A model generated the notes under the pieces. It did not search any database. It worked only from the letters and a program-made list of their open reading frames with translations, and was not told the origin of the DNA. Positions 11,401 through 22,186 of a stretch of DNA of 64,000 bases are shown here, one piece after another. The position numbers and the translations under genes are program-made. Source of the DNA: Callorhinchus milii (taxonomy: Eukaryota); NCBI RefSeq assembly GCF_018977255.1, contig NW_024704760.1, forward strand, positions 1,860,001 to 1,924,000. Reading direction: 5' to 3'. The number at the start of each line of letters is the position of its first letter. Positions within the stretch are counted from its first letter, which is position 1.

Positions 11401-14333
11401 ATAAACACTATTCCTTGCATTTGATATTACGTCTTATCACATCTTTGAGACGTCTCAAAGCGATTCAGAGAACATACAGAATATAGAGACTGTATATTTT
11501 GTGGGCGAAACACGGCAGCCAATTGCGCACAGCAATGTTATACAAACAGTCGTTTATTGAGTGACCAAATTATTATTGTTAAACAAGAAAACACAACACC
11601 AGCACCGCAGACAGGGACATGGAGCAGACCAGAGTTCACTGGGTCAATATTCAGGAACGGACTGAGTTTAGGAATAACATCAATTTGTCGCCCACCTTAG
11701 CAGCAAAACCACAATGATCTGTTCTCCTCTCAGCTTCAGTGATTTACAGACCTCTTAAACCCTGACCTTATTTTATTTTGCCATTCATTAAAGAAACACA
11801 CAGAAAAGGCTACTGGCACTGTATCCAATACAAACAGTGTACAAACGACATATTTCTTCTCTGCGGCAATGTAACTCGAGGCTTTTTATTCTGTGTTTCA
11901 GGAAATCAGATTATTTGTGACCCACTCACAACGATACAGACCCCAATTACTGTGTACACAACAGCAGAGCCTTCAAGTGCAATGAGATTAACTGACAGAA
12001 CTTCACAAGTCCCCAGTAACAGTCATCCTGAGTGGAGGTTTGGTGGAACATTTCTTGAAGCAAACGTGGGGTAAAAATTGCAACTTGTGATAATTAGCAC
12101 ATCACAGCTGCAATTTTCTGACACTCCATCTTGTGTGTGTGTGTGTGTTGGTGTGTGTGTCAGTGTCTATGTGTTACCTTGACTGAGAGTAGTGTTGTGT
12201 TTCATGGCTCAGGCCAAACACACATAACACAAATTTCTCGCTCTAAAGTTCCGCTGATATTCTCCCCCCCAAAAGAAAGCAAGAGACGCCTTTCTTGTTG
12301 TTGTTCTTCAGGGAAAAGCTGACGTACCTCTACATTGCTGTGGCTGCGCTGGTGCTGCTCATTGTGGGACTCGTTTCATCTTATTGTTTCTACAGAAAGA
12401 TGACGAAAGTCGACGGTACGTTCAAAACTTTAATTTGCACCGATACGTGCGAGTGATCCCAGTGAAGCCCTTTCTCTCATCTTCCTCTCCACAATCCTCA
12501 ACTGTTCTAAACACAAGAAATGTCTGTTGGCCTGGCGCAGGGGGTAGCACTCTCCCTCGCCTCTGAGTCGGAAGGTTGTGGGTTCAAGCCCCGTGTCAGG
12601 ACTTTGAATCACACAGTCTAAAATGATGCTCCAAGGCAGCGCTGGGGCGGGGGGTGTTGCATCGTCAGAGGCGCCATCTTTCAGATGAGACGTTAAACTG
12701 AGGTCCTGTCTGCCTGATCAGGTGGATGTTAAAGTTCCAGCGGCACTATTCTCTCTCCCAGTGTCCTGGCCAACAATCCCCCAGATTGGGGGAGCCAGGG
12801 GGAGGGGAAGGTGACCAAAGGCCTTCAGCCGAGACCTGAACATAGGAAGAGAGGGGAGCGAGGGGAAGGGAGTGAGGAAGGGAGTTCCAGAGCCTCGGGG
12901 CGCAGTGGCTGAAGGTACGGCCATCGAGGATGGAGCGGAGGACTCGGGGGACGAGGAGGAGGCCAGACTCGGAGGAACGAAGGCAACGGGCACTGTTTTG
13001 AGGAGAGAGGAGATCAGAGAGGTCGGGGGGTGCAGAGGATATACGGTATCTGACAGAATATTAAATTCTTCCACCTTTGGTATTTCCAGGTAAAGAGAGG
13101 ACAGACTCACAGGATCAAGAAAACGACATTGAAGCTGTTCAGGTGAGAATGTTAAAGTAAATACTAATTAAAGGTAACCTCAACTTATTTTTTGCACGTC
13201 CCTTCATAAGGCTTTGAGTTGAAGAAGAATAATATAATAATCTTGCATTTGATATAATAATACTGCTTACATTTGATATAGTGCCTTATCAGGTCTTCTA
13301 GACTTTTCAAAGCTATTCTCAGAATATACTGTAAAGTGAATTGACCGTATGTTTTGGTGGGAAACACAACAGCCAATTGCGCACAGCCGTGTCCCACAAA
13401 AATCGTGGATTAAGTGACCAAATTATTATTATTATTTTTTTACTGTATTCAAAATGTCTTCACACTCCCTTACATTAGGTCGAGACAAGTCTCACGCAGG
13501 TTGTATTTAAACCTTCATAAAATTATAGTGTATTTCCCAATGCACTATGAATATTAGTTGACATTAACTATTTTAATATTGAATATTAGAGGATAAAGCC
13601 AACACATTGTGTGCCCTTAATAACCCCGTTTTGTTTTCCAGGTTACTAGAGAAGGAGACAAAGACGTGGTATATGCGAGTATTGTACATCACCACTGGTC
13701 CCAGACCGAGAAGACACAGGGAGAGGCGAGTGTACAAACGAGACTTGGATTTCTGAACGCAGTTAGAGTCTGTTATAAACAATAATAATAATCATCCTTT
13801 CTTTTGATACAGCGCCTTATCACATCTTCGAGACGTCTCAAAGTGCTTCACAGAAACAGACCCACAAACAGTCGGGGATTGAAGTGACCGATTTATCATT
13901 TTTTTTCTTGAGGGATTATTATTAGGCTTGTGGAGAAACGAAACTTGCCCAAGGCTTCACTCTGCCGGGAAGCAAACCCAGATACTCTCGCTTGCAAAGG
14001 CGAGTGCTCTAACCGCTGAGCTAAATGCGACTATTTCTAACACCTGTCGTTTAATAGCTACAGTATATCCTGTAAAGTGCTTTGAGACTTCTCGAAGACG
14101 TGACAAATATAAGCGTTATTAGTATTATTATTTGAACTTAAGAACCCAAATTACTGGTTGGTTGGCGTTCGGATTAAAAGATTGTGAATGTGTGTATAAC
14201 TTTGTTGATCAGTAATGTGTTTTTATTTCAGGACGTTTATTTAAACATTAAAAAGAAGCCGGCGGCCACAGCAGGAAACCACAAAGTCTCACCAGAGAGC
14301 AAGTCCCCTATATACAGCACCATTAAGTTCTAG
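8487..14333 (+). pseudogene. Gene B: full inhibitory V+Ig2 receptor body lacking an in-frame start codon and its own promoter in this orientation
   Basis: Truncated leader 8487-8521 (PILTLLLCSAS; the ATG at 8483 is out of frame, ATG TCC CCA TTC TGA); V 8930-9247; Ig2 10909-11229; stalk 11902-12037; TM 12312-12415 (YLYIAVAALVLLIVGLVSSYCFY); tail 13090-13142, 13642-13725 (VVYASI, GC donor), 14232-14333 (DVYLNI, PIYSTI*). Downstream exons are open and in phase. Confidence 0.75.
12527..12790 (+). mobile_element. SacSINE1/DeuSINE-like SINE 5' and central part (related pieces at 10194-10420, 19975-20230, 22860-23138, 37470-37809, 46255-46600)
   Basis: GGTAGCACTCT..CGCCTCTGAGTCGGAAGGTTGTGGGTTCAAGCCCC..GATGAGACGTTAAACTGAGG..CAGGTGGATGTTAAAG..GTGTCCTGGCCAA resembles the Deu-domain SINEs of sharks as recalled; not database-checked. 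Confidence 0.65.
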
Positions 14334-15007
14334 TCAACAAGAAAGAAGGAAGAAGCTGATCACATTTGCTTTAGCCGTCAATCATCACGGACGTGTCAAA
14401 CGTTCACATTGAGTCTGTACCAGGTTTACACTGTTGCTCACATTCACTCTATTGCCCTGTATCACGTTTATGCTGCATATTTAGCAATCTACCGCTGTGC
14501 AAATTATTCCCTTCCCACATACGTACATGGAAATTTCCCTGTGTCAGGAATGGAACGCGCACTCTCTCCCTCCCTGGAGGGACTCACCTGTGTACCTAAT
14601 TCTGGAGAGTTTCAGGTGCAGGTTGGCAAGAGCCAAGGCTTGGAGAACCCAGAGTGAGCTTTGGGGTACTTGTTAGAGTTTAACCAGCTCAAACGACTAA
14701 AACCGCTTAGATTGCCTTTGAGAGCGCTGCCTGGCAAGCTTCCCGCTACTTGCCCAGCCTGGATCACCCTACAGGTCAAGGGCTTTGGCTTTGCAGGGTT
14801 AACAATACAATATACGCTTATACAGCACCTTTCACATTATGAGGATATCCCAAAGTGTTTGAAGTGCTTGACAGAAGTTGATTGGGAGAAATATCTATTC
14901 CAGGTGACTGGTCTATCTTAAGTTCTGCCAATGAGCCAGACTGGCTAGTCAGTCACAGCAAACCATCGTTTATTATGTACGCTGTTAAATCTTCATTTCG
15001 CTCTCAC

Positions 15008-15013
15008 AATAAA
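15008..15013 (+). promoter_or_regulatory. Probable polyadenylation signal of gene B
   Basis: AATAAA about 675 nt after the stop codon at 14333 and 37 nt before the inner end of the right inverted-repeat arm. Confidence 0.5.
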
Positions 15014-15592
15014 AATGTAGTGTTAGATTTTATGCTGCAATGCGGACTATTTCTGCTTCAGAGAGCTGAGCGAGTGGGGACACAGAAGGTGCTACAACAC
15101 CCGCTGTGGGTGCAATGGGACCATTAATCATTTCTGTGCGGTTGGAAAGTTTCAAGGCTCATAAAAATAACTTCACTTCCTCCCTGCGCTGACAAGTCGA
15201 GTTTATTTCTGTTAAAATCCCACAGTGTCCATTCCTCAATCAACTCCCAGATACAGCTAAAGCCATCACGATCTAAACCCAAAATGTTCATAAGAATAAA
15301 TATCTGAAACTAAAGTACTGTCATCTTGTCAACCGTTACAGCAAAACATACCATACGTCTCACAACATACCCTCTTTGACCGTTCTTTGGTCACCTTCCC
15401 CCCACCCCTTGGCTCCCACCCCCAGCTCGAGTGCCCAACCAACACTGACTAGTGCTCCCCATGTGAAAGACACTGTAAAATTGTTAATCTTATTGTATTG
15501 TAGACGTTGGATCTTCCTGATTACTCTCACATATAAGAGTTTAACACATTAAAATAAGAATCAGATAAGAATCAGTAGCTCAGATAGCTTAC

Positions 15593-16358
15593 CCTCAAGG
15601 ACGTGTAGCTTTATAGCAAACATTGGATCATTGATAGACATCTCAATCCCACAGTTATACCATCCTGCATCTCCCGTGGTGAGATTCTCCATAGTTACAG
15701 TAAATATCCCGTCTCTGTTATCTGTGATTGAGAATCTTCCTCGTCGTCCATTGTTGGCTTTTGTATCAATTACAACCTGACAACTGTCGCGATAATATCC
15801 CCAACACCAATATTTCTTGTTGTTCCGGTACCACTGTTTCTGATAGTGACAGTTTATTGTGATCGCTCGTCCCACAACTCCTGTTACTGGATGTGTCGCC
15901 CGTAATGTGTCTGAAACTAAAGAGACAGCGTATCAGGTATCGGATTGTAATTGCTAAATGCAGTATGAAGTGTAAATACATTTGGAAACCTCGGTGCTCG
16001 AAGCCGACTGATTCTGCCTCTTGACCTCTGAGTAAACGAGGACCGAACATTGAGGGACCAAGTGCTCCGAGACACTACCCTGCGTGAAGGGCGCTCTACA
16101 AATGCAAGTTGTTGTTGTGGTGGTGGTTGGTCCCTACAATGGCGGCCTGTAGTGCAGTGGTTAGAGCGCTTTTGCAGGGGTAATAATCCCCTGAAAAATT
16201 ATAGTAATAATACAAATGTGGTCCCTCAATCCAATGTGGGTCACTGCTGTACACATACAGTCAGTTCACTTTACAGTACTTTAAAACGCTGCCCTGTTTA
16301 AATATTCCCCGTTCTTACCTGACGCTGAACAGAGAAGAAGAGTCAGAATGGGGATCAT
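15593..16358 (-). CDS. Gene C: orphan intact leader + V exon (paralogue of the B 5' end); no own downstream exons found on this strand
   Basis: Leader 16358-16319 (MIPILTLLLCSAS, GTAAG donor); V exon 15910-15593 (AITINCHYQKQWYRNNKKYWCWGYYRDSC..GIEMSINDPMF). Similarity to B stops at 15051, inside intron 2. Confidence 0.8.
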
Positions 16359-19300
16359 TTTCTCGGGTGAAAGCGATGCCTGGTCTGATCTCGCGGTGGC
16401 TGAGCACTCGTTTGAGGGCAGTGGATTTTATTCCTCTCTGTGGGGCAGGAAATTACGTTCAAATGAATGCACGTTAGCACAGAACCCAGTCAACAGGATG
16501 TCACGAGTTGGATTCCCTGTAGCTGTTGTGCTCAGATGCTCACAGAGAGAAATAAAATAAATAAATGAAATAAAATAAAATGAATAATGTAGTGATCAGG
16601 CGCTATATCAAATACAAGGATTATTATTATCATTACTACGAAGCTCATGGGTAAAATAATAATAATCCTTGCATTTGATGCAGCGCCTTATCACATCTTT
16701 GAGACGTCTCAAAGCGCTTCACAGGATACACTGTAAAGTGGAGTGACTGTGTAACTTGTAGGAGCAATCGTTACATGTTGTGTGTTTCCCCCTCTGCGTC
16801 ATCTTTGTCAAAGCCAGTGGCCAATTGTGGAGTACAGAAGTTTTAGGCAGAACCAATTTTCAGATTGCGGACAGAGACAGAATGAGCCTTTTGGATACCT
16901 CAGTTCTGCCTCTTTTGCTACACATGAGCCCTCGTGAGGATGAAGCAAGTTACTACAATTTGGGATAATTAATAATAATAATAATCCTTGCATTTGGTAT
17001 ACACTTTACGGTATATTCTGTGAAGCACTTTGAGACATCTCAACGACGTGATAAGGCTTTATGTCAAATGCAAGGATTATTATTTATTACAGCGCCTTAT
17101 CACGTCGTTGAGATGTCTCAAAGCGCTTCACAGTATATATCGCGCAGTGGAGTGACTGTGTATTTTGTGAGTGAAACGCGGATTCCATTTGTGCACAGCA
17201 GTGTCCCACAAACCGTCGCAGATTGAGTGAAAACCCCCCAAGTTTTTTTGAACAAAAAACACCACACTCCACAAAAATAAAGCACACGCAAAAACGTTTT
17301 GATGGGTTCGCGGTGAGCTTATCATTATCCCACCTCTCCCAAGGCAAGGATTGATCCCAACCTAGTCATGCCGGGATCTATACAGCCGCGTCTGCAAACC
17401 AAAAGTTTCTGGGTTTCCTGCGATCCTGGGGAACAACACAAAAGTAGATCGACAAAGAGTCTCACTCACATCGAGAATTTGGGGAATTTCTGGGATTTCC
17501 ACGTGTCGGTGGGGTTGTGTGGAATTCTCAGCTTGGTTTTGGAGACTCTTAAGCACGGTCATGGGTTTCCGCACGTGTTAGCCGTGTGTCTGACTTGGCT
17601 TCTGGCTTCCAAACAAAGTGAAAAGAGTTCTCTCCCCACTCTGTACACAATGCACAACACAGGAACTCTGACATTGACACCCTCCCTGTCTGGACACACT
17701 GGGTTAATTCTGTTCCCCTTTCGTATAATGCACTCGATCTGGAGGAGGTCTTATTATACCCACCATTTCTGGTTTGCAATAGTTGCTCCTCAGATCGAAA
17801 GTTTATTTGCACGTTCGGTTCTGTTCCAACCGGTTGGACTATTAGCCCCAAAAATAGAAAATAAAGGGACAATTTAAACTCTTATCGAAAACATGACGGG
17901 AGGATAAAGGGACTCAATCGCCATGAGCTGTCCGTGGTGCTGGTCCTGATCAAGCAATTCACTGTGTGGCTGTTCGGGCTGTTGGCAACAAAGACTACAG
18001 ACGAGACAGACTCTCAGACACTACTTTCACTTCTCATAGAACCATGTCACCGCCTCCTGTCCCCCCGCACCAACCAACCAGTATCCCTACAGTGTGAAAC
18101 CATCAGCTTGTTGTGTGAACCGCTGCCAGTGGCGGACTCGTTTGACTCGTTCGAGCATCAACTGTGCTAATGTAAGACTATTATTCCTTACCGCAAGGGG
18201 AGTGGGGCCAACGGTCGGCGCGGAGGTCACTTGCGATAATTGCAAATGTTCTTTTTGAGTCTAGTGTGAGTCACGAAACTACTGGTGGGTCTGGAAGTCA
18301 AGCGAGCAGCCGAAACCGAGTGACGGCTCTTGGAACCTTGAAGTTAGAGCCAGGTGGAAAAGCAGAACCTCGTGATATTGAGAAGGGAATGCTTGCACTC
18401 AGCTTTTTCCAGTGTGTGTTAACGATGACCAAATAAGCAGTGAGTTGTACGGCAATCGAGCCAGACACTCGCTGTTTTAGCGTTGGTGCTAAACAGTGAG
18501 GCTGCCTGACCGCCATCTCACCTCCATCCCCGGGAGGACGTCAAGAAGGGAAGAGACAGGTTCTGATATACGTTTTTTATTTACCATCGATTTGCAAAGA
18601 AGTTAATGCTTAACGGGCAGAATCAATAATAATAATGATAATCCTCGCATTTGATACAGCGCCTCATCACGTCTTCGAGACGTCTCAAAGCGCTTCACAG
18701 GATATACTGTCAAGTGAATTGACTGTATATTTTGTGGGCGAAACGAGGCAGCCAATTGCGCACAGCAGCGTCCCCACAAACGGTCGTGGATTGAAGTGAC
18801 CACCTTACTATTATGATTATTAAAATAATACGATTAATTTAAAAATGCAGCACGCTAAATAAAGGAAGTTCCCGCGGACCAGAGAGAGAAGTGCGGTGAA
18901 TCGGAAAAACATGAACTCCTCATGATAGCACAGCAGCACCACGTGATATCCTTTGTGGTAAAGTAATCAGCACGGTGTTGGGCACAGTTTTATTTGCCTT
19001 TCAGAGTCGTTCGGAAGGAGAAACCTTGGTAGTCACTTTTCTACAAAGAACCGGGTTTGGAAACTTCCAATTAACTTTTAGAATCAGCGAATCTCTCTCC
19101 AGTTTCAGTCCAGGTAAGAAGTGGTTGATTTTTAAAGAAGAAAAAACTTCATGTGAACTAATAGCCATATAGTTTGTGGACACCTATTTGGACAGAGACT
19201 GTTCAGAAAATTTACGGTACAGAAATAATTTGCGTGGGATTGAAACCCGTTTGTTTAAATCCGGTTTGAACGACATTTTGGATTCAGTTTCTCAGCCTCT

Positions 19301-20316
19301 GTGCATTCGTAGCTTAGACGGTGAGACATTGAGGTGAGTCAGTGCTCGCAATCGTGGAGTCTTGAAGTGAGAGTGTTGCTTAGACCACTCGCCTCGCAGG
19401 CGAGAGGACCTGGGTTCGATTATAATAAGCCCTCAAAGAAAAATTGGTCACTTAATCCACGTCTGTTTGAAGGGCACTGCTGTGCGCAAATTGTCTGCTG
19501 CATTTGCCAACAAGACACGCAGAGGCAAGAAGTTTGACAGCAGTTAGGCAGTGCACCATCTTGAAAAAGTGCCGGTAATTTCAATGTCTCAAAACCACAA
19601 AGGAACCTTGCACTCAACATGAACGGAGTAGAATGGGGTAGTGACTGCACAGAGCCAGACACTGCCACTATAGACATGACTCACCACCTACTTTTAAGTC
19701 AGCAATACTTGCGTTTCCCCCTTTTCTCTTTCCGAAGCCTTTAATCCAAAACAGAGAGTCGTTTTCCGAGAAAACACCGCAGCTCGGGATGGTGATGGGG
19801 GAGATTAACAGAAATCAATCTGCGTCTCCTCTGACAGACTATCCAGTAAAGATACACCCGGGTACACAATAGAAGTTTGCACGTTCCTCATTGATTTGTG
19901 CTGAGTTTAAACTGGGTCTGCCTGCATGTTTGTATGAAGGAATCCTCTGGGTAACTATTTTTGTTGTCCGTTGAGATCAAGGTCCCGTCCGCCTGCTCAG
20001 GTGGGCGTTAAAGATCCCATGGCACGATTCGAAAAGAGAAGGGAACCTCTCTCTCTCTCTCCCTGGGCCCTAAACAAACAATCCCCCAAATAAAATTAAT
20101 CACTTACTTCATGGCTGCTTGTGGGACGTTGCTGTGCGCAAATTGGCTGAAAAATACACAGTCACCCCACTTTGCAGCAAATCATACGAAGCATTTTGAT
20201 ATCCTCCTGATGTGAAAGGCGCTGTACCAAGAGCAAGGATTATTTATTACTAGTTAAAAAAAAATCTCTGGTAGAGATAATTAGATGTTTTTGTTCTCTT
20301 CTCTCGCAGAAGTGCC

Positions 20317-22153
20317 ATGATGTTCGCTCTGATATTTTTGATGGCATTCCAGCCGGGTAAGAAAAGACATCTTGGGAGCAATAAATTAATCAGTGGCATT
20401 AGAATTTAGAGGCAGCTGTAGGATTTGTTCTTTGCTCAGCCGGGGTGTCTGACACGTGCGGAAACCCATCACCGTTGCTCCAAACCCAACTCAGAGTTCC
20501 ACGTCTCCTCACCGACACGTGGAAATCCTAGAGATAGATTGGTGGAATGGAATGCGCGCTCTCTCGCTCTCTCCCTGGAGGGACGCATGCGTCCTGCTTA
20601 GCCAATTCCGGCGAGTATTAGTCGCAGGTTGGCAAGTGCGCAGTCACTCCACCTCACAGCAAGATACCGTGACGGGCTTTCGGACGACCTGCCGACGTGA
20701 AAGGCAGCGCGACCAACTTATTATTATTATAATGTTTAGCGCCGGTCACAGTCACCGAGGTTCTGCCTCAGCGACTGATACAAATTTGATCTCAGCACGT
20801 GATATGACATGACATGACATGACGAGTCCTCCCTTAAGTTTCAGGCCAAATGCGGGGAGTGAAGACCGTAACGGGAGTGGTGGGGCGCGGGGTTGTCGTA
20901 GAGTGTCACTACGAGACGGAAAAGTACCGGCAACATGAGAAATACTGGTGCCGAGGGTCCAATCACATCACCTGCACGGTGTTGGCTCGGACAAGACAAC
21001 AGCCCAGACACCAGGGCAGGGTGTCAATCGCAGACAACATCGCAGACGGAGTGTTGTCCGTAGCTATGGAGAAACTACAGGCTGACGACACAGGCCAGTA
21101 CTGGTGTGGCATATACACGGTCGGATTCAACCCGCATTTCCCTGTTACCGTACAAGTAGATGACGGTAATGTTGACCAAGCTCCTTCCTCCTTTAATTGA
21201 TAATGATCAGTAATAATTTGGTCACGACTGCTTGCGGGGACACTGCCGTGCGCAATTGGCTCCCCCGCGTTTCACCCACAAAATACACACGGTCGATTCG
21301 CTTGGCAGTATATTCTTCGAAGCGCTTTGAGACGCCTCCAAGACGCGCTAAGGCGCTAATATCAAATGCACGGATAATTATTATAATTATAATTATTATT
21401 GTTATTATTAAATGCTCCGAGACGCTACCACCCGCCTGACGGGTGCTATGTTGTTGTGGTGTTTCAAAAGTACACATTATAGTTATAAATGTAATGCTAG
21501 TTATTACTAATTAATATTACTAATGATTACATATATAGCATATCTAATCATTGCGCCCACGAAATACCGAGTCAATTCACTTTACAGTACGTGCCCTGAA
21601 GCCCTTTGAGACGTCTCGAAGACGTGATAAGGGGCTGTATCAAACGCAAGGGTTATTACTATAGAGTATAATAATTTTTGCTATTGTTGATGCAACATTA
21701 ATGCGTTAATGCCTTTCCTTAAGGGACACGGTCAGCTTTACCCTGTGTTTCTCTCCTGCAGTGGCTGTCTCTAAGCCGATCCTCCGGTTTCTGAGTCCGT
21801 ACAGGGCCTCTTGTTCCGGGCAAACGGTGTCAATCTCTTGCGAGTCCGTCGATGGCTCCCTTCCCATCGACTACTCCTGGTACCAGAAATCAGTGAACAC
21901 CACAGACCTGCGGGTATCGGACAGTGGGAACCTCACGCTCCGGTGCGGAAATATCGGGCACGGACACGGGTATTACTGCAGCGCCCGGAATGGGCCGGGC
22001 AGCCAATCCAGCGATGCTCTCCAAGTGTCCGTCTTGAAGACGGGGGAAGAGAACTGCGTCTATGTCGTGCAAATCCACTCCGAAGGTACGACTTACTCTG
22101 GTTCACCCGTTCAACTGAAGGCACTGGAAATTATAACAACTAAGTAACTAAGC

Positions 22154-22186
<33 letters not shown>

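Larger units (their letters stand above)
8487..16353. repeat. Long inverted repeat: 8487-10037 (+) vs 15051-16353 (-)
   Basis: Reverse-complement match from CCCCATTCTGACTC to TGAAGCAGAA, roughly 97% by eye; the left arm has an extra SINE (9353-9610). Confidence 0.95.

Noticed and set aside
15221-15260. RAG recombination signal in the inverted arms (CACAGTG at 15221 and its mirror near 9861)
   Set aside because: No ACAAAAACC-like nonamer at 12 or 23 nt spacing.
17368-17877. 169-aa ORF
   Set aside because: Overlaps an interspersed repeat, has no recognisable domain or splice pattern.
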